Shown in pieces: positions 24,401 through 36,400 of a stretch of DNA of 64,000 nt. Position 1 is the stretch's first letter; every line of letters begins with the position of its first letter. The notes beneath the pieces are model-generated. The model was not told the origin of the DNA, did not search any database, and saw nothing but the letters and a program-made list of their open reading frames with translations. The stretch is from Haliotis rufescens (lineage: Eukaryota): positions 28,830,001-28,894,000 of the forward strand of contig NW_025964223.1 of the NCBI RefSeq assembly GCF_023055435.1, given 5' to 3'. Position numbers and translations under genes: made by a program.

Positions 24401-27400
24401 CTCAGACTTTTAACTCAGATATTTGTCACTTACTCCGTTTGTTACATCTGATCCACTCCTTTATATTCAAATCCCATTTGACAACATTTTTCAAACAATA
24501 GTGCATAATAGCTTGTAGCCTCACTCAGTCGACTCGGTTTGTGATCCAGTGGGGATAACTCTATCTATATGTTCACTTCATGTTTGCAGGTACTTCTGTC
24601 TTATCCAGTTTGTTGAAATTGTTGTATGTTCAAGACAGAGATATTATGAAAAATGTTTGTTATTTCAGATCTTCTGATAGAGACAATACAGAGTAGTGAC
24701 CATGTGGCGTCGTGTGAAGCTCTCATCTACTGTGTGGGAGCCGTCAAGTTCCTTACCGGAAACCCAACAATACTGAAGAGGCTGGCCAAGAAGGAGTGTA
24801 TAGAGACGCTTGCTGGACTCATGCACAATATAGAGAAAACTGTGAGCATAGCAAACTTTTCACACAGTATCTTTTGAGTCAAACTTGAACCCCCCGGGGT
24901 CCACAGCATCCTTGCTTGTTACGAGAGGTGACAAGGATGGAAATCAGGTGGTTGCAATGGCTGGTCAGTATGGTCAGTAATCAGGTGGTTGCAATGGCTG
25001 GTCAGTATGGTCAGTAATCAGGTGGTTGCAATGGCTGGTCAGTATGGTCAGTAATCAGGTGGTTGCAATGGCTGGTCAGTATGGTCAGTAATCAGGTGGT
25101 TGCAATGGCTGGTCAGTATGGTCAGTAATCAGGTGGTTGACAACTGTGGAAGACCAAGTCTCAGCTCTCTTATAGTAATAGCGTCAGTGTTTGCTTTGTT
25201 CAAAGCAGTAGCAGTCTATCACCTACATCATTTCAAGCCTACTTCCAGCATTAAGCTGATGTGACTGAAATACTGTTGAAAAGAGGAGTTAAACCCATCT
25301 CCTGCACTCTTTAAAACTGTCGGAGATTTTTTTATGATTCTATTTAGACAGACTTCTAAACATTGAAGGATTGAACTCTATGCGTATGTAGTTATCCCCC
25401 GCCGCGCGAAAGCGCGAAGCGGGGGATATAGTATTCACGACCGTCCGTACGTCCGTCCGTCCGTCCGTACGTCCCACCTGTTTGTTGCCGCGATATCTCA
25501 AGAACTAAACACTGGATTGTCTTCATATTTGGAACTATGGTGTATATACAGACTCCGCAGACACCAGTCGGTTTTGGTGACCTTGATCCCATTTTCAAGG
25601 TCACAGCAGACAAATCTGCTTTTAGAGTTGGAAAACGGTGTTGCCGCGATATCTCAAGAACTAAACACTGGATTGTCTTCATATTTGGAACTATGGTGTA
25701 TATACAGACTCCGCAGACACCAGTCGGTTTTGGTGACCTTGATCCCATTTTCAAGGTCACAGCAGACAAATCTGCTTTTAGAGTTGGAAAACGGTGTTGC
25801 CGCGATATCTCAAGAACTAAACACTGGATTGTCTTCATATTTGGAACTATAGTGTATATACAGACACCGCAGACACCAGTCGGTTTTGGTGACCTTGACC
25901 CCATTTTCAAGGTCACAGCAGGCAAATCTGCTTTTGGAGTTAGAAAACGGTGTTGCCGCGATATCTCAAGAACTAATTGCTGGATTGTCTTCATATTTGG
26001 AACTATAGTGTATATACAGACACCGCATACACCTGTCAGATTTGGTGAGCTTGACCCCATTTTCAAGGTCACAGCAGGCAAATCTGTTTTTGGAGTTGGA
26101 AAACGGTGTTGCCACAATATCTCAAGAACTAATCGCTGGATTGTCTTCATATTTGGTACTATGGTGTATATGGCGGGGGATATTTCGTCACTCTGTGACA
26201 AATACTTGTTTGTGTTGCTATGGAAACCTATAGCTGCTTTAAGTAATTCTTTCAGTCAGTTCATATTCACCTGTAGATTTTAATCATCAAGCGTAACATC
26301 AACAAACAGCCGTGTAATCTGTTCACAGCATCGTGATAATATCTCTCACTGATTTAAGGGGTCTTTTTCAAACTAGTTGGACCATTTTGTCTTCTTCATT
26401 GAATTAGACAACAGGATTGTTGACCCTCCCCTTCATGCCAACATTGTCTTCCTGTCTCTCTGCTTTACATGTACATTTCTTTCTGATCAGAATCGAGACA
26501 ATGGACGAGTCAGTGACCAGTTTGGACATATTTTAGTTCAGGTAAATTATTGCTTTCTTGTTATATTGAAGGCATTTGATGAAGGATGTTGTGTGCACTT
26601 GTTTATGCAATTGTTACCAAAACAGAATAGGTTATGTTTCCTTCACGTAATTAAAGTTAAATTATTGACAGTGTGAAAGGATATTTAAGATGGAAATAAA
26701 CAGTTGCTTCTCTGACATCTTTTCTATGGTGTCTTTTTTAATCTGATATTAGAATTTTCATATTTTGTCTATAAGCATTTTTGTCTGAATGTTTCTATGT
26801 GTTTTGTGTTTGTCAAAATAATACCCAAGCAACAAGCTTACTTTCTTCAGCCTTACGTTTGTTTGATGATTTACTGAATAAAAATAGAAACACCATCCAT
26901 CGTATCTAGTCATATTGGTTTAGAGGGAACTGTATGTAGCTGCCTAGTCATATTGGTTTAGAGGGAGCTATATGTAGCTGCCTAGTCATATTGGTTTAGA
27001 GGGAGCTATATGTAGCTGCCTAGTCATATTGGTTTAGAGGGAACTACATACATGTATTGCTACCTAGTCCTTTGTGACATTATGACATTGTTGTGTGTGC
27101 AGCTGTGTGCAGCCCTGCGTAACCTGGCTGATGTGGGGTCAGGGAGGGAGCGGTTCCTGCAGACCGGGGTCATAGAGAGCCTCAGTCATCTTCTCGATGC
27201 CTACCCCAATGACTGTGATCTGGTACTCTACATATCCAGAATATTCAGGTAAGCTGACGTCCCCACACATTCCACACCTCAGGAATGACTGATGTTTTAA
27301 GCAGTGTTTGCGTTTATGGCGTCCCATATACAAAAATACGCACCGAAAAAAAATAGGACGCAAAAAACCCAACCTTCACGCGTCCCTTTACACGTTTTTT

Positions 27401-30400
27401 ATTTTGAAAACAGGCATAACTTATTGTTGTTTTGTTCGTGTTCGTGTTTCTCTTGCTCCCAAAACTCATGTGATAATGTGTATCCAATATTCGCGGGGTT
27501 CCGGTGCAAGCCACAGATTTCGGCGGGAAACTGAGAGGTATCCGATGACGTTTCTCTTCCATGTCGTGTCCGTAATGGCATCGCTGATTGGTTTACAAAA
27601 CAGAAATAGAAACATAAGCCAATCGCAGACCTTGTTAACAGTATTTTGTCAATGTCAAGGACTAAAGTCCAAATGGCATCCCCGAAACTTTGTCAAAAGA
27701 AAAATAGGTTTCAAGAAAGTTTGCTTGAAGAGCCAATATACTCTTTCAACACCGTAGGCCGGTAGACCAGCCATGTCGTAGTCACGTCAAAATAAAGGGT
27801 AGATCTATATAATCTTATGAACCTACCTGTCATATCATTCATTTATTAAATCAATCACATTTCACAATGTCTAAAATACGTATTCCATTTCAATTTATCA
27901 TTTTTTATCGAAAGATTAAATGATTCACTATTTCCCGCGATGTTATTGAAAATAAAATTCACGGACACACACTTCGACAACGGTCCACATCGAACATGTC
28001 AAAGAACAAAACAAAGACGTTTTAAACAAATATTTAAATCTAGTATACAAAGTAATAAATAACATCAACCAAAATATATCAATAAGTTGTCGAAATTACA
28101 GCTAAGTTATTATTTCAATCTTTTCCTGCGATCGCGTATAATGTAAATCAAATGACATCTCGGCTTTCGTTGCCTCGATTTCTCGGCTCAGATACGATGT
28201 TTCCAATATGCCTGAAAAACCTGTGTCACAGCTCCTAACCTAGAACGATACATCCACGAAGTTCCATGTTTTTAATATAGATCGCGAGTTTCCTGCTTGA
28301 AACGTTAAGAATAACAAAAAACTTTCGTCAAAATCTTTGATTACACATGTGCCATTGCTGTAATTTGATTGACAGCCTTAGTTTGACCAATCACCACCCT
28401 CGTAGCAGATATCGACAAGAAAGCACGTGACAAACTTACAGCGACGAAAAGACATGGCGAGGTTAGTGTAGATGAAAAAATAAACTTTCTAATACGAAGC
28501 TTCGAAAACGGTCGTATTTCTTAATGTTACTGACAGCCGCAGGTATCGAGAAATTGGTGATGACAGATACTATTTACAATTATAAAATACTTTCCCGATC
28601 AGGTAAACAATGAAATAAAAAAGAAATAGGTAAGTGGATTTTATGTTTGTCTATATTTGACAAAAATCGTCAAATTTACCCTTCCTTGGTCCTCAATCTG
28701 GACGTTTGAATGTGTTAGCTTACATCTTTATTTACAACTTACTTAAGTTGTAAATGCTTTATTTAAATAATGTGATAAACATAAATATGTATAAACAGTA
28801 GGATTAGACCTTTCAAATGGTGTATAACATGTAGTTGCAAATATGTTTTACTAGACTAACATTTAGTCTATGAAATCTTATATTACACAATACCCTTCTC
28901 GACTCCAAAAATAAATATATAATTTCCCCTTTGCTGATTTCCTAGCTAGAACTGGCTTCACTTGCTTTTGTATACGTTTCTAGATTGGTGTTGTTTTCAC
29001 AAAATATATATATTCCACAGTCATGGTGCAGGACTAATGTTTTACAAGCAGATATTTTCCTTGATAAATGTTTGCTTCATCTATCACACAAGAGTCTCTG
29101 GGAACTTGGTGTCACAGCAGATAAAGCTTCTAGTTGACTGGTGTTGAAAAAGTCAAGTGGCTAATCTATGAAGATTTTAAAGATGTCTTGTGTACACACA
29201 TAAAAAGTGAGACTTAAAGATTTTAACCACACACTTATTTATGCTCAGAATGGCCTAAAGTACACCATTTCAGGTCCACATTTAACAAAATTTCGTGGGG
29301 GGGCATGCCACCAAACCCCCCTAGATAGCTTCGCGCCTACGGCGCTCGCGGCTACCGGGTCACAGGCGACCCCGTTATTTTGAAACACAACGCAAACACT
29401 GTTTAAGTATTTGTTTGTCTGTTGGTTAAGGCCACACTGAGCAATATTCCAGTTGTATGACAGATGTTTGAAAATGATAAAATCTGGACCAGACAATCAA
29501 GTGAGTGAGTTGAGTTTAATTAATGCCACTTTTAACAATATTCCAGTTATATCGCGGCGTGTCAGCTTAATGTGGGAGGAAAGCCTGAAGTGATGCAGGT
29601 CTCAGACATTTACCACTTCGGTGAAACCCACAAGCACGGGTATGGTGCTGACAGACCTAGAAACATGTGATCGGGGTGAATCGGGATTGGAACCCACTAT
29701 CATAGGTTTCTGGCGTGCCAAAGGGACGCAACTCTGCACAGCGAATTGTGGCGCCTTAGACGACTGGGCCACTCGTGCCCCCCCCCCCCAGACAATCAAG
29801 TGATTGACATCATAAGAATCAATCTACACATTTGGGATACGATGAAATGCATGAAGAAAGATCCCATTAGTCACCTCTTGCGAAAAGCATAGTCACCTTT
29901 TACGGTAAGCTTGGGTTGCTGAAAAACGATTCTAACCTGGATCTCCCTTCTTTTAAGTGGCTGTGAGCTGATCCTCAAAATTTGTTATTTGAATGCAGTG
30001 TATTTGACTTTACCAGTTACTTTGATAATTGATCTGTGGTCAGACCAATTTGAATACTTGTTGCAATGAAGACACGGGGAAAGAATAAAACCTTTTTAAG
30101 ATAAAAAAAATCATATATTAGGAAACAAATACTATCCATTTGCTTCAAGTGAATTCTTCGGAGTTGGAGAGAGCAACCCATGTCTAAATGCCAATTTTAG
30201 TACTGTAAATGTTCATTTTGGGCTCTGACAAAGTACATTCTACCTGAATTAGAAGACCTGTTAGTGGACTGTTACTAGATCTGCAACGATACACCTAGGT
30301 CACGATACGATACGTGTCTCGATACTTACATCCCGATTCGATACGTATCTCGATACACATAGTGACAAGAGAAGAAAAGAGATAAATGAATTAAACTTAG

Positions 30401-33400
30401 TTTATTAAAATGAAAAATTGAATGAAAGTGAATGAATGTTCATGAGTCATAAAATATATACTGTAATGAGTACTTTAACTTAATGAATCATCTGCCATTT
30501 CCATGTAATGGCCAGCAAACACAACGTAACAGTTCTACATATTTGTGAGTTGTGACTAGATAGTAGATTCTAGGAGTAAATACTAAATGTACCAGTGTCC
30601 AGTAACTAATGATTTGCCATTTTCATGTATAAAGGCAAAAAAAACAATTAAAAACAATTGTAGCAACAGCCATGTTATACACCATTTGAAAGGTCTAATC
30701 TTGGTGTTTATAAATATAAAAGTTATGTTTATAACATTATTTAAATAATGCATTGACAACTTAATTAAGTTCGTTGTAAATATACAAAATGTAAGCTAAC
30801 ACATTCATAACATCCAGATTAAGGACCAAGGAAGCGAAAATTTGACGATTTGGGGCAAATATAAGATTTCAAAAGATCTAGATCTACTTATTTCTTCTTC
30901 TTTTTTCATTTACATAATTGGAAAATTATTTTAAAAAGAATTATGAATAGTATCTGATTTCACCCATTTCCAGATAACAGCGGCTGTCCGCTAAGTAACA
31001 TGAAGAAATACCACTGTTTTCGAGGCTTCGAATGAATAACACGTTCGTCGAAGACTGACATATGACACATCGCTAGATAGCTTGTTGTTTCATCTACACG
31101 CTCGTAACATTGCCTGGAGTCTTTTCGTAGGTATAACATAAAGTTTCATTGGATAAAAAATGGTTCCTAATGACGCTTTCTTGCCGAAATCTGGTACAAG
31201 GTTTATGATTGGTCAAATTTGAGCACGTGACCTGAGGCAGGCAATCAAATTACAAATCCTCGTGTACGATGAATTTCAGATTTTTACGAAATATTTTGGT
31301 TTAATCGTGTTATTCTGAACGTTTTAAGCAGGAAATCTCGATCTATATTAAAAATATTGAGCTTCGTGGACGTATCATACTAGGTTACAAGCTGTGACAA
31401 AGATTTTTCATGCATATATTTTGACATTGAACATCGTGTCCGAGCCGAGAATTCGAGGCACCGAAAGCCGAGATGTCCTTTGACTATCATTTCACGCGAT
31501 CGCACGAAAAGATGGAAATAATAACTTAGCTGTAAGTTTGACCACTTTTAGATATATTTTTGTTGATTTTATTTATCACTTTGTATAATATATTTAAAGA
31601 TTTGCTTGAAACGTCTTTGTTTTGCTCTTTGACATGTTCGATGTGCACCCGTTGTCGAAGTGTGCGTCCGTGGATTATACTTTAAATAACATTGCGGGAA
31701 ATAGTGAATAACTTTGAATCTATCGATAAAAAATGATAAATTGAAATAGAATTCGTATTTCAGACATTGTAACATGTGATAGATTTAATAAATGAATGGT
31801 ATGACAGGTCGGTCCATAAAAATATAAACTATTTTGATGTGACTAAGGCTTGGCCGGTGCCTGAGGACTTGGTGCCTACGGTGTTGAAAGAGTTTAAACA
31901 CATTTAAAACGTATCTGTGATAAAAGTTTATGTACAAAAACAAAGACGTACGTATATATACGTCTTTGAAAAAAACGTATCGTGAAAAATCGAGATACAG
32001 CACCTCACAAATCGCACACCGTATCGTATGGAGTGAATTGCGATGCATCGGTGTCCCGGGATATCGTTTCAGCCCTAACTGTTACTAGTTATTTATTCAA
32101 GGATTAGTGAAGTCATGGAGGTCCCTATTCTTGCTGTGTTGTTCACTTCCAAATGTTACTGTGCCTTTAGCTAAGCAGTTTCTACAGGTATTTTGTTTGT
32201 GATTCACCAAGCACTATATTTGAACATGTTAAATATTTATAAATTCAATTAACAAGCAGGGCTTTTGTAAAGTTTCCACAGTTGGAAGAATAAATAATAA
32301 TTTTTAAACTTATCCTATCTCACACTTTGCGTTTCTCCCTTCTTCTTCGATCCTATGTCGGAACATGCTTGAATCAGGTTTCCAGCTTCTAAAACTAGAA
32401 ACCGGACCGGCTATTTACAATTCCGGCTTTTTTGGGATCCAACGACCTTGAAGACCTCTCCTTGTTCCGGGTTTGGGCGCTTCAAATATATCTCGATGCG
32501 TCACGCCTCCACAGACGTTCCCATTGTCATATCCGTCTACAAATTTCTCGGACGACGCTATCCTTCTGGCTACGTTCCATCATTCTGCGAATGTATACTT
32601 TCGCCGGGCCGCTCCACCTACAATGTCCAATCCTCACAAGACTCGTGCGGTTGCTTCCACCATGGCCCTCCACAGTAACTGCACCCTTTCAACCATCATG
32701 GAAGGGTGTTTTTGGAAGTCGGATACTGTGTTTGTGTCCCACTAACTTCGTGACATTTCAGTCACAGACGTACAAGGGCTCCACAAGTTTGGCTCGTTGG
32801 TATTGGCTCAACAGCTGTCTCGCCCCAGTTCACGCAGAACATAAACTGTTATCCTTCGTAATCCTTTGCGGGTTACAATTGTATATACAGAATAAATCAT
32901 TAAACGTTTACGTGGTATTACATGTTTTTTCATTGTTCAGGTTTCCCAGATTGAGTCCCTTTTGGAGGGTGGATTAGCTCATCTGTAGAGACTTTTTTTA
33001 GAAGAATCAATGCCCTTCTAGGATCGATTTCTAGTCATCTGCCGTTTCGCTTATGCGTTGACAGCTATGAGCTTGTTCTATATGTACGATGACATACGGG
33101 AAAAAATGTTTGGCATGTATACCCAATCTCATGCTGTTATGCGTTTGAGTAACGTATTCGGGATCGTAAACACTGATTGATCGTGTGTATTTTTTCCCCG
33201 CTCACGAGTTCATGTCTTTAGACGCTAGACATTTTTTCAAAATTCTGAAACAAAATTCAAAATTACACTGTCTAGAACCAGCTTCCTCGTGCATATCTCA
33301 CGGTTGTAGTCTATACAGGCTAGGGTATCTCTGACCCACCATCCAACCATTTAAAAATTTGGAAATTTTAGTATAAATTGTATATTTATATACTTATCCT

Positions 33401-36400
33401 ATCTCACACGCGATAGGCCCACCCGACAATGCCCGCATCTCATTTACTCTAGCCTTATAAAGCTCTGTGAGAGAGAATGAATTGGTAGAGGCGCACACGT
33501 GGTCAGTTCAAGCAGGCACTGCGTGCACAAGAGGCACGTCATTGACCTAGCTTTTGGACGTAACCATGGAGATGCAGGGGGGCTTGGGTGGCTATTTTTA
33601 GTTTTAGAAGCTGGAAACATAATTCAAGCACATTCCCACATAGGATCGAAAAAGAAGGGAGAAATGCAAAGTGTGATTATTTTATACTAAAATATCCAAT
33701 TTGTACAATATACATACTGCTCATATGTTTTTCACTTATTCTGCATTACATATTGCACATTGCTCTTCCTAGCCATGGAATTGTGGCATGGTTATTTTAC
33801 ATCCATGCATTGAAGATGCTGATTGTTTACTTATCTGCATTACTCCTTACTGGTTACTTTTGACAGAAATGAAGCTGTGTGAGATCCAGCTGAAGAAAAC
33901 CAGTTGTGAAGCCAACCCTTTTTCCCACCAGCGCCACCCACGTACCCGCATACGAGAGCACCCAATATGGACCCATTAGGGATTCATGATTTTATGCAGT
34001 CCATGTTCCAACAGAGGTTTGCGACCATCGTATGACGAGGTTATCTAAGCCGACGACTGTCCAGATGTCGGACATGTGATTGGCTTTCATACAGTGGAGG
34101 TCCGACGCTCCCTTAGGCCTTTGGCAGCTCCGCCAATTCTCCCAGTCTAATCGGTGTACTTTAACGTTGGCTGAACGATTTCACAGAGAGGGCGTTTGTA
34201 CTCTTGTAGAATTTGTATCTTATGGCTTCTGGTAGGCATGATCTGTACCAAAACTTGAAGATCATCCCAAATTCACGACCATTAGACATTTGACAGAACC
34301 ATCATATGCGACCGGGTACCCACCACTCGGGATCATCATTCACAGGACAGGACAACTTGCTCCTACATTGGCCACGTCACACATTCTTCACAGAACTCAA
34401 GAACATCACTTGTCTGTCTACCACACAGTTCACAGTGGATTATCCGTGTGTGGAGCTTGAACCTCGTACGGCTGAATGCAGAATTCAAGGTTACTGCGCA
34501 AGGTGATTTAAATGTCACGTGTCAAGAACTCTCTGACTGTCAACCAGAATTAGGTCAGTTGACCTATTGTTAGCCGTGCAGTGTATCCGACAATTTGGTT
34601 TCCATGCTCACTTGTACATAATGCTGCAACCACTGGATCCGATGCCTTCATGCGGGGTAAGGAGGCACCACCCTTCATTGTCACCTTGATATAAGAACGA
34701 GAGCGCTTATACGATGCCCAGGAGATTGAAATGATCACCTTACAATTTTCACCCTACAGTACTTCTTCCCAAGGTGATGCAGAAGTTTAGGGCAAACAAG
34801 AGCCACGATTTTGATCACGCCTTGTTATCTGGTGGCTCTAATTCAGTGTTTGCAGTTCCAGAAGATTGGAAGATGACCAAGATCCTGGAACTCCAGGCTT
34901 CTGCCTTCTGCACTCCTGCATGGGATTTAAATGTGGTACTTCTGTTGTTGCATGCTTCCCCTGTTAGAGCATCTCTACTCTACATCATTTTATGACCTCA
35001 CCAAGAAGACGTTCTTCTTATTAACACTGGCGACAGTGGCAAGGGCTAGTGAGCTTAAAGCTCTTAACATTAGCCTTGTACGCTTTGAGCAAGGTAAACC
35101 TCAGGCAGTGCTGGGATTTCCTTACCAAGAATCAACTATCAGGACAGCCCGACTGGCCCTTTGCCATCCCACCTTTATCTTGTTTGTGGAATCTGAAGAA
35201 AAGGAGGAACTCCTATTGTGCCCTGTTCGCACACTGCGAGTTTACATCAGTCACTCCAAGACTGTGTGTATTCCTGTCTCCAAGATCTCCACGACAGAAG
35301 TCAGCTGCAACACCATCATCCTTCAGGCATATAAGATCGCCAAACTTGATCCACCAGTTGGCTTGGTAAATCAGTTTCTCAACTAAAGAGCACGCTAATT
35401 TCTCATGTTGTTTTTTAACAGGGACGTCCTCATACTCTCGTACTGTCCACGGACAGCTTTGGTAAAATCTAAATATTTTTATCATTTGTATACTTATCCC
35501 ACATAAGTACAACTAAGCGCCCGGCTGTCGCAGAGCTGCCTTCAGACGAAAGTACATGTGACAAGCAGTAATATAAAGATTTCATGACATCATCACTTGC
35601 GTTTGATCACGTGGCAGCTGTAAGAGGGTCGGCTTCACAACTGGTTGGAACAACTTTTTCTTCCGCTGGTCTGCACACAGCTTCGTTTCTGTCAAAAGTA
35701 AGAAGTAAATGCATTAAGGAGTAATACAGATAAGTATACAAAAGCTATTTAGATTTTATTAAAAGCAAAAATAAAATCTCTTATCGCAAATGCCATTCTC
35801 CATGACTCCAAAAGTTTGATAAGAAATTGCATCTGCAACACTACCCTCATATGAGATGTCTGTGTAGTGACAATGCTGTGTTTGCTTTCAGTAAAGTGAC
35901 GCTCCATACGGACTGCTGCACAGTTTTGGCCAATGAACATTCCTGCTACAAGTCTTTCATTCATTTGCTCAACAGACATGTCAACAAGGAGGTAACACTG
36001 ACGCTTGATATGTAGTATTGGGAATGAGGATTATCAATCTCTTATTTTTCTTACATTGATAGTATTGCAATAACATTACCTGCCCAAGCTCAACATTACT
36101 GTGGGAACTAGTACACTTTACTGGCCCAGTCATCTCTCTTCTGTCATGTTAGAACGAAAGTCAAACCCAAATTGTATTATTATTTTCTTTCATAACATAA
36201 TATCCATAGCATTGACATTATTCAGTGCTTTATTCAAAGCATCCATTATAAAAAGTATGAATGCTTGGAGCTGATTTGCTCATATAGTTGATTGACCCAT
36301 GTAAATGGGGGTGCTTAACATGTCAGAATTGACTGCCACAGTTTCCACACTTTGAAACCATATGTTCGAGTACTTCTGGGGGATGTCGTGTACATACATA

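Noticed and set aside
25392-26283. 269-aa and 248-aa ORFs with a 53-aa period
   Set aside because: Artefacts of the 159-bp array inside a Helentron-type element.
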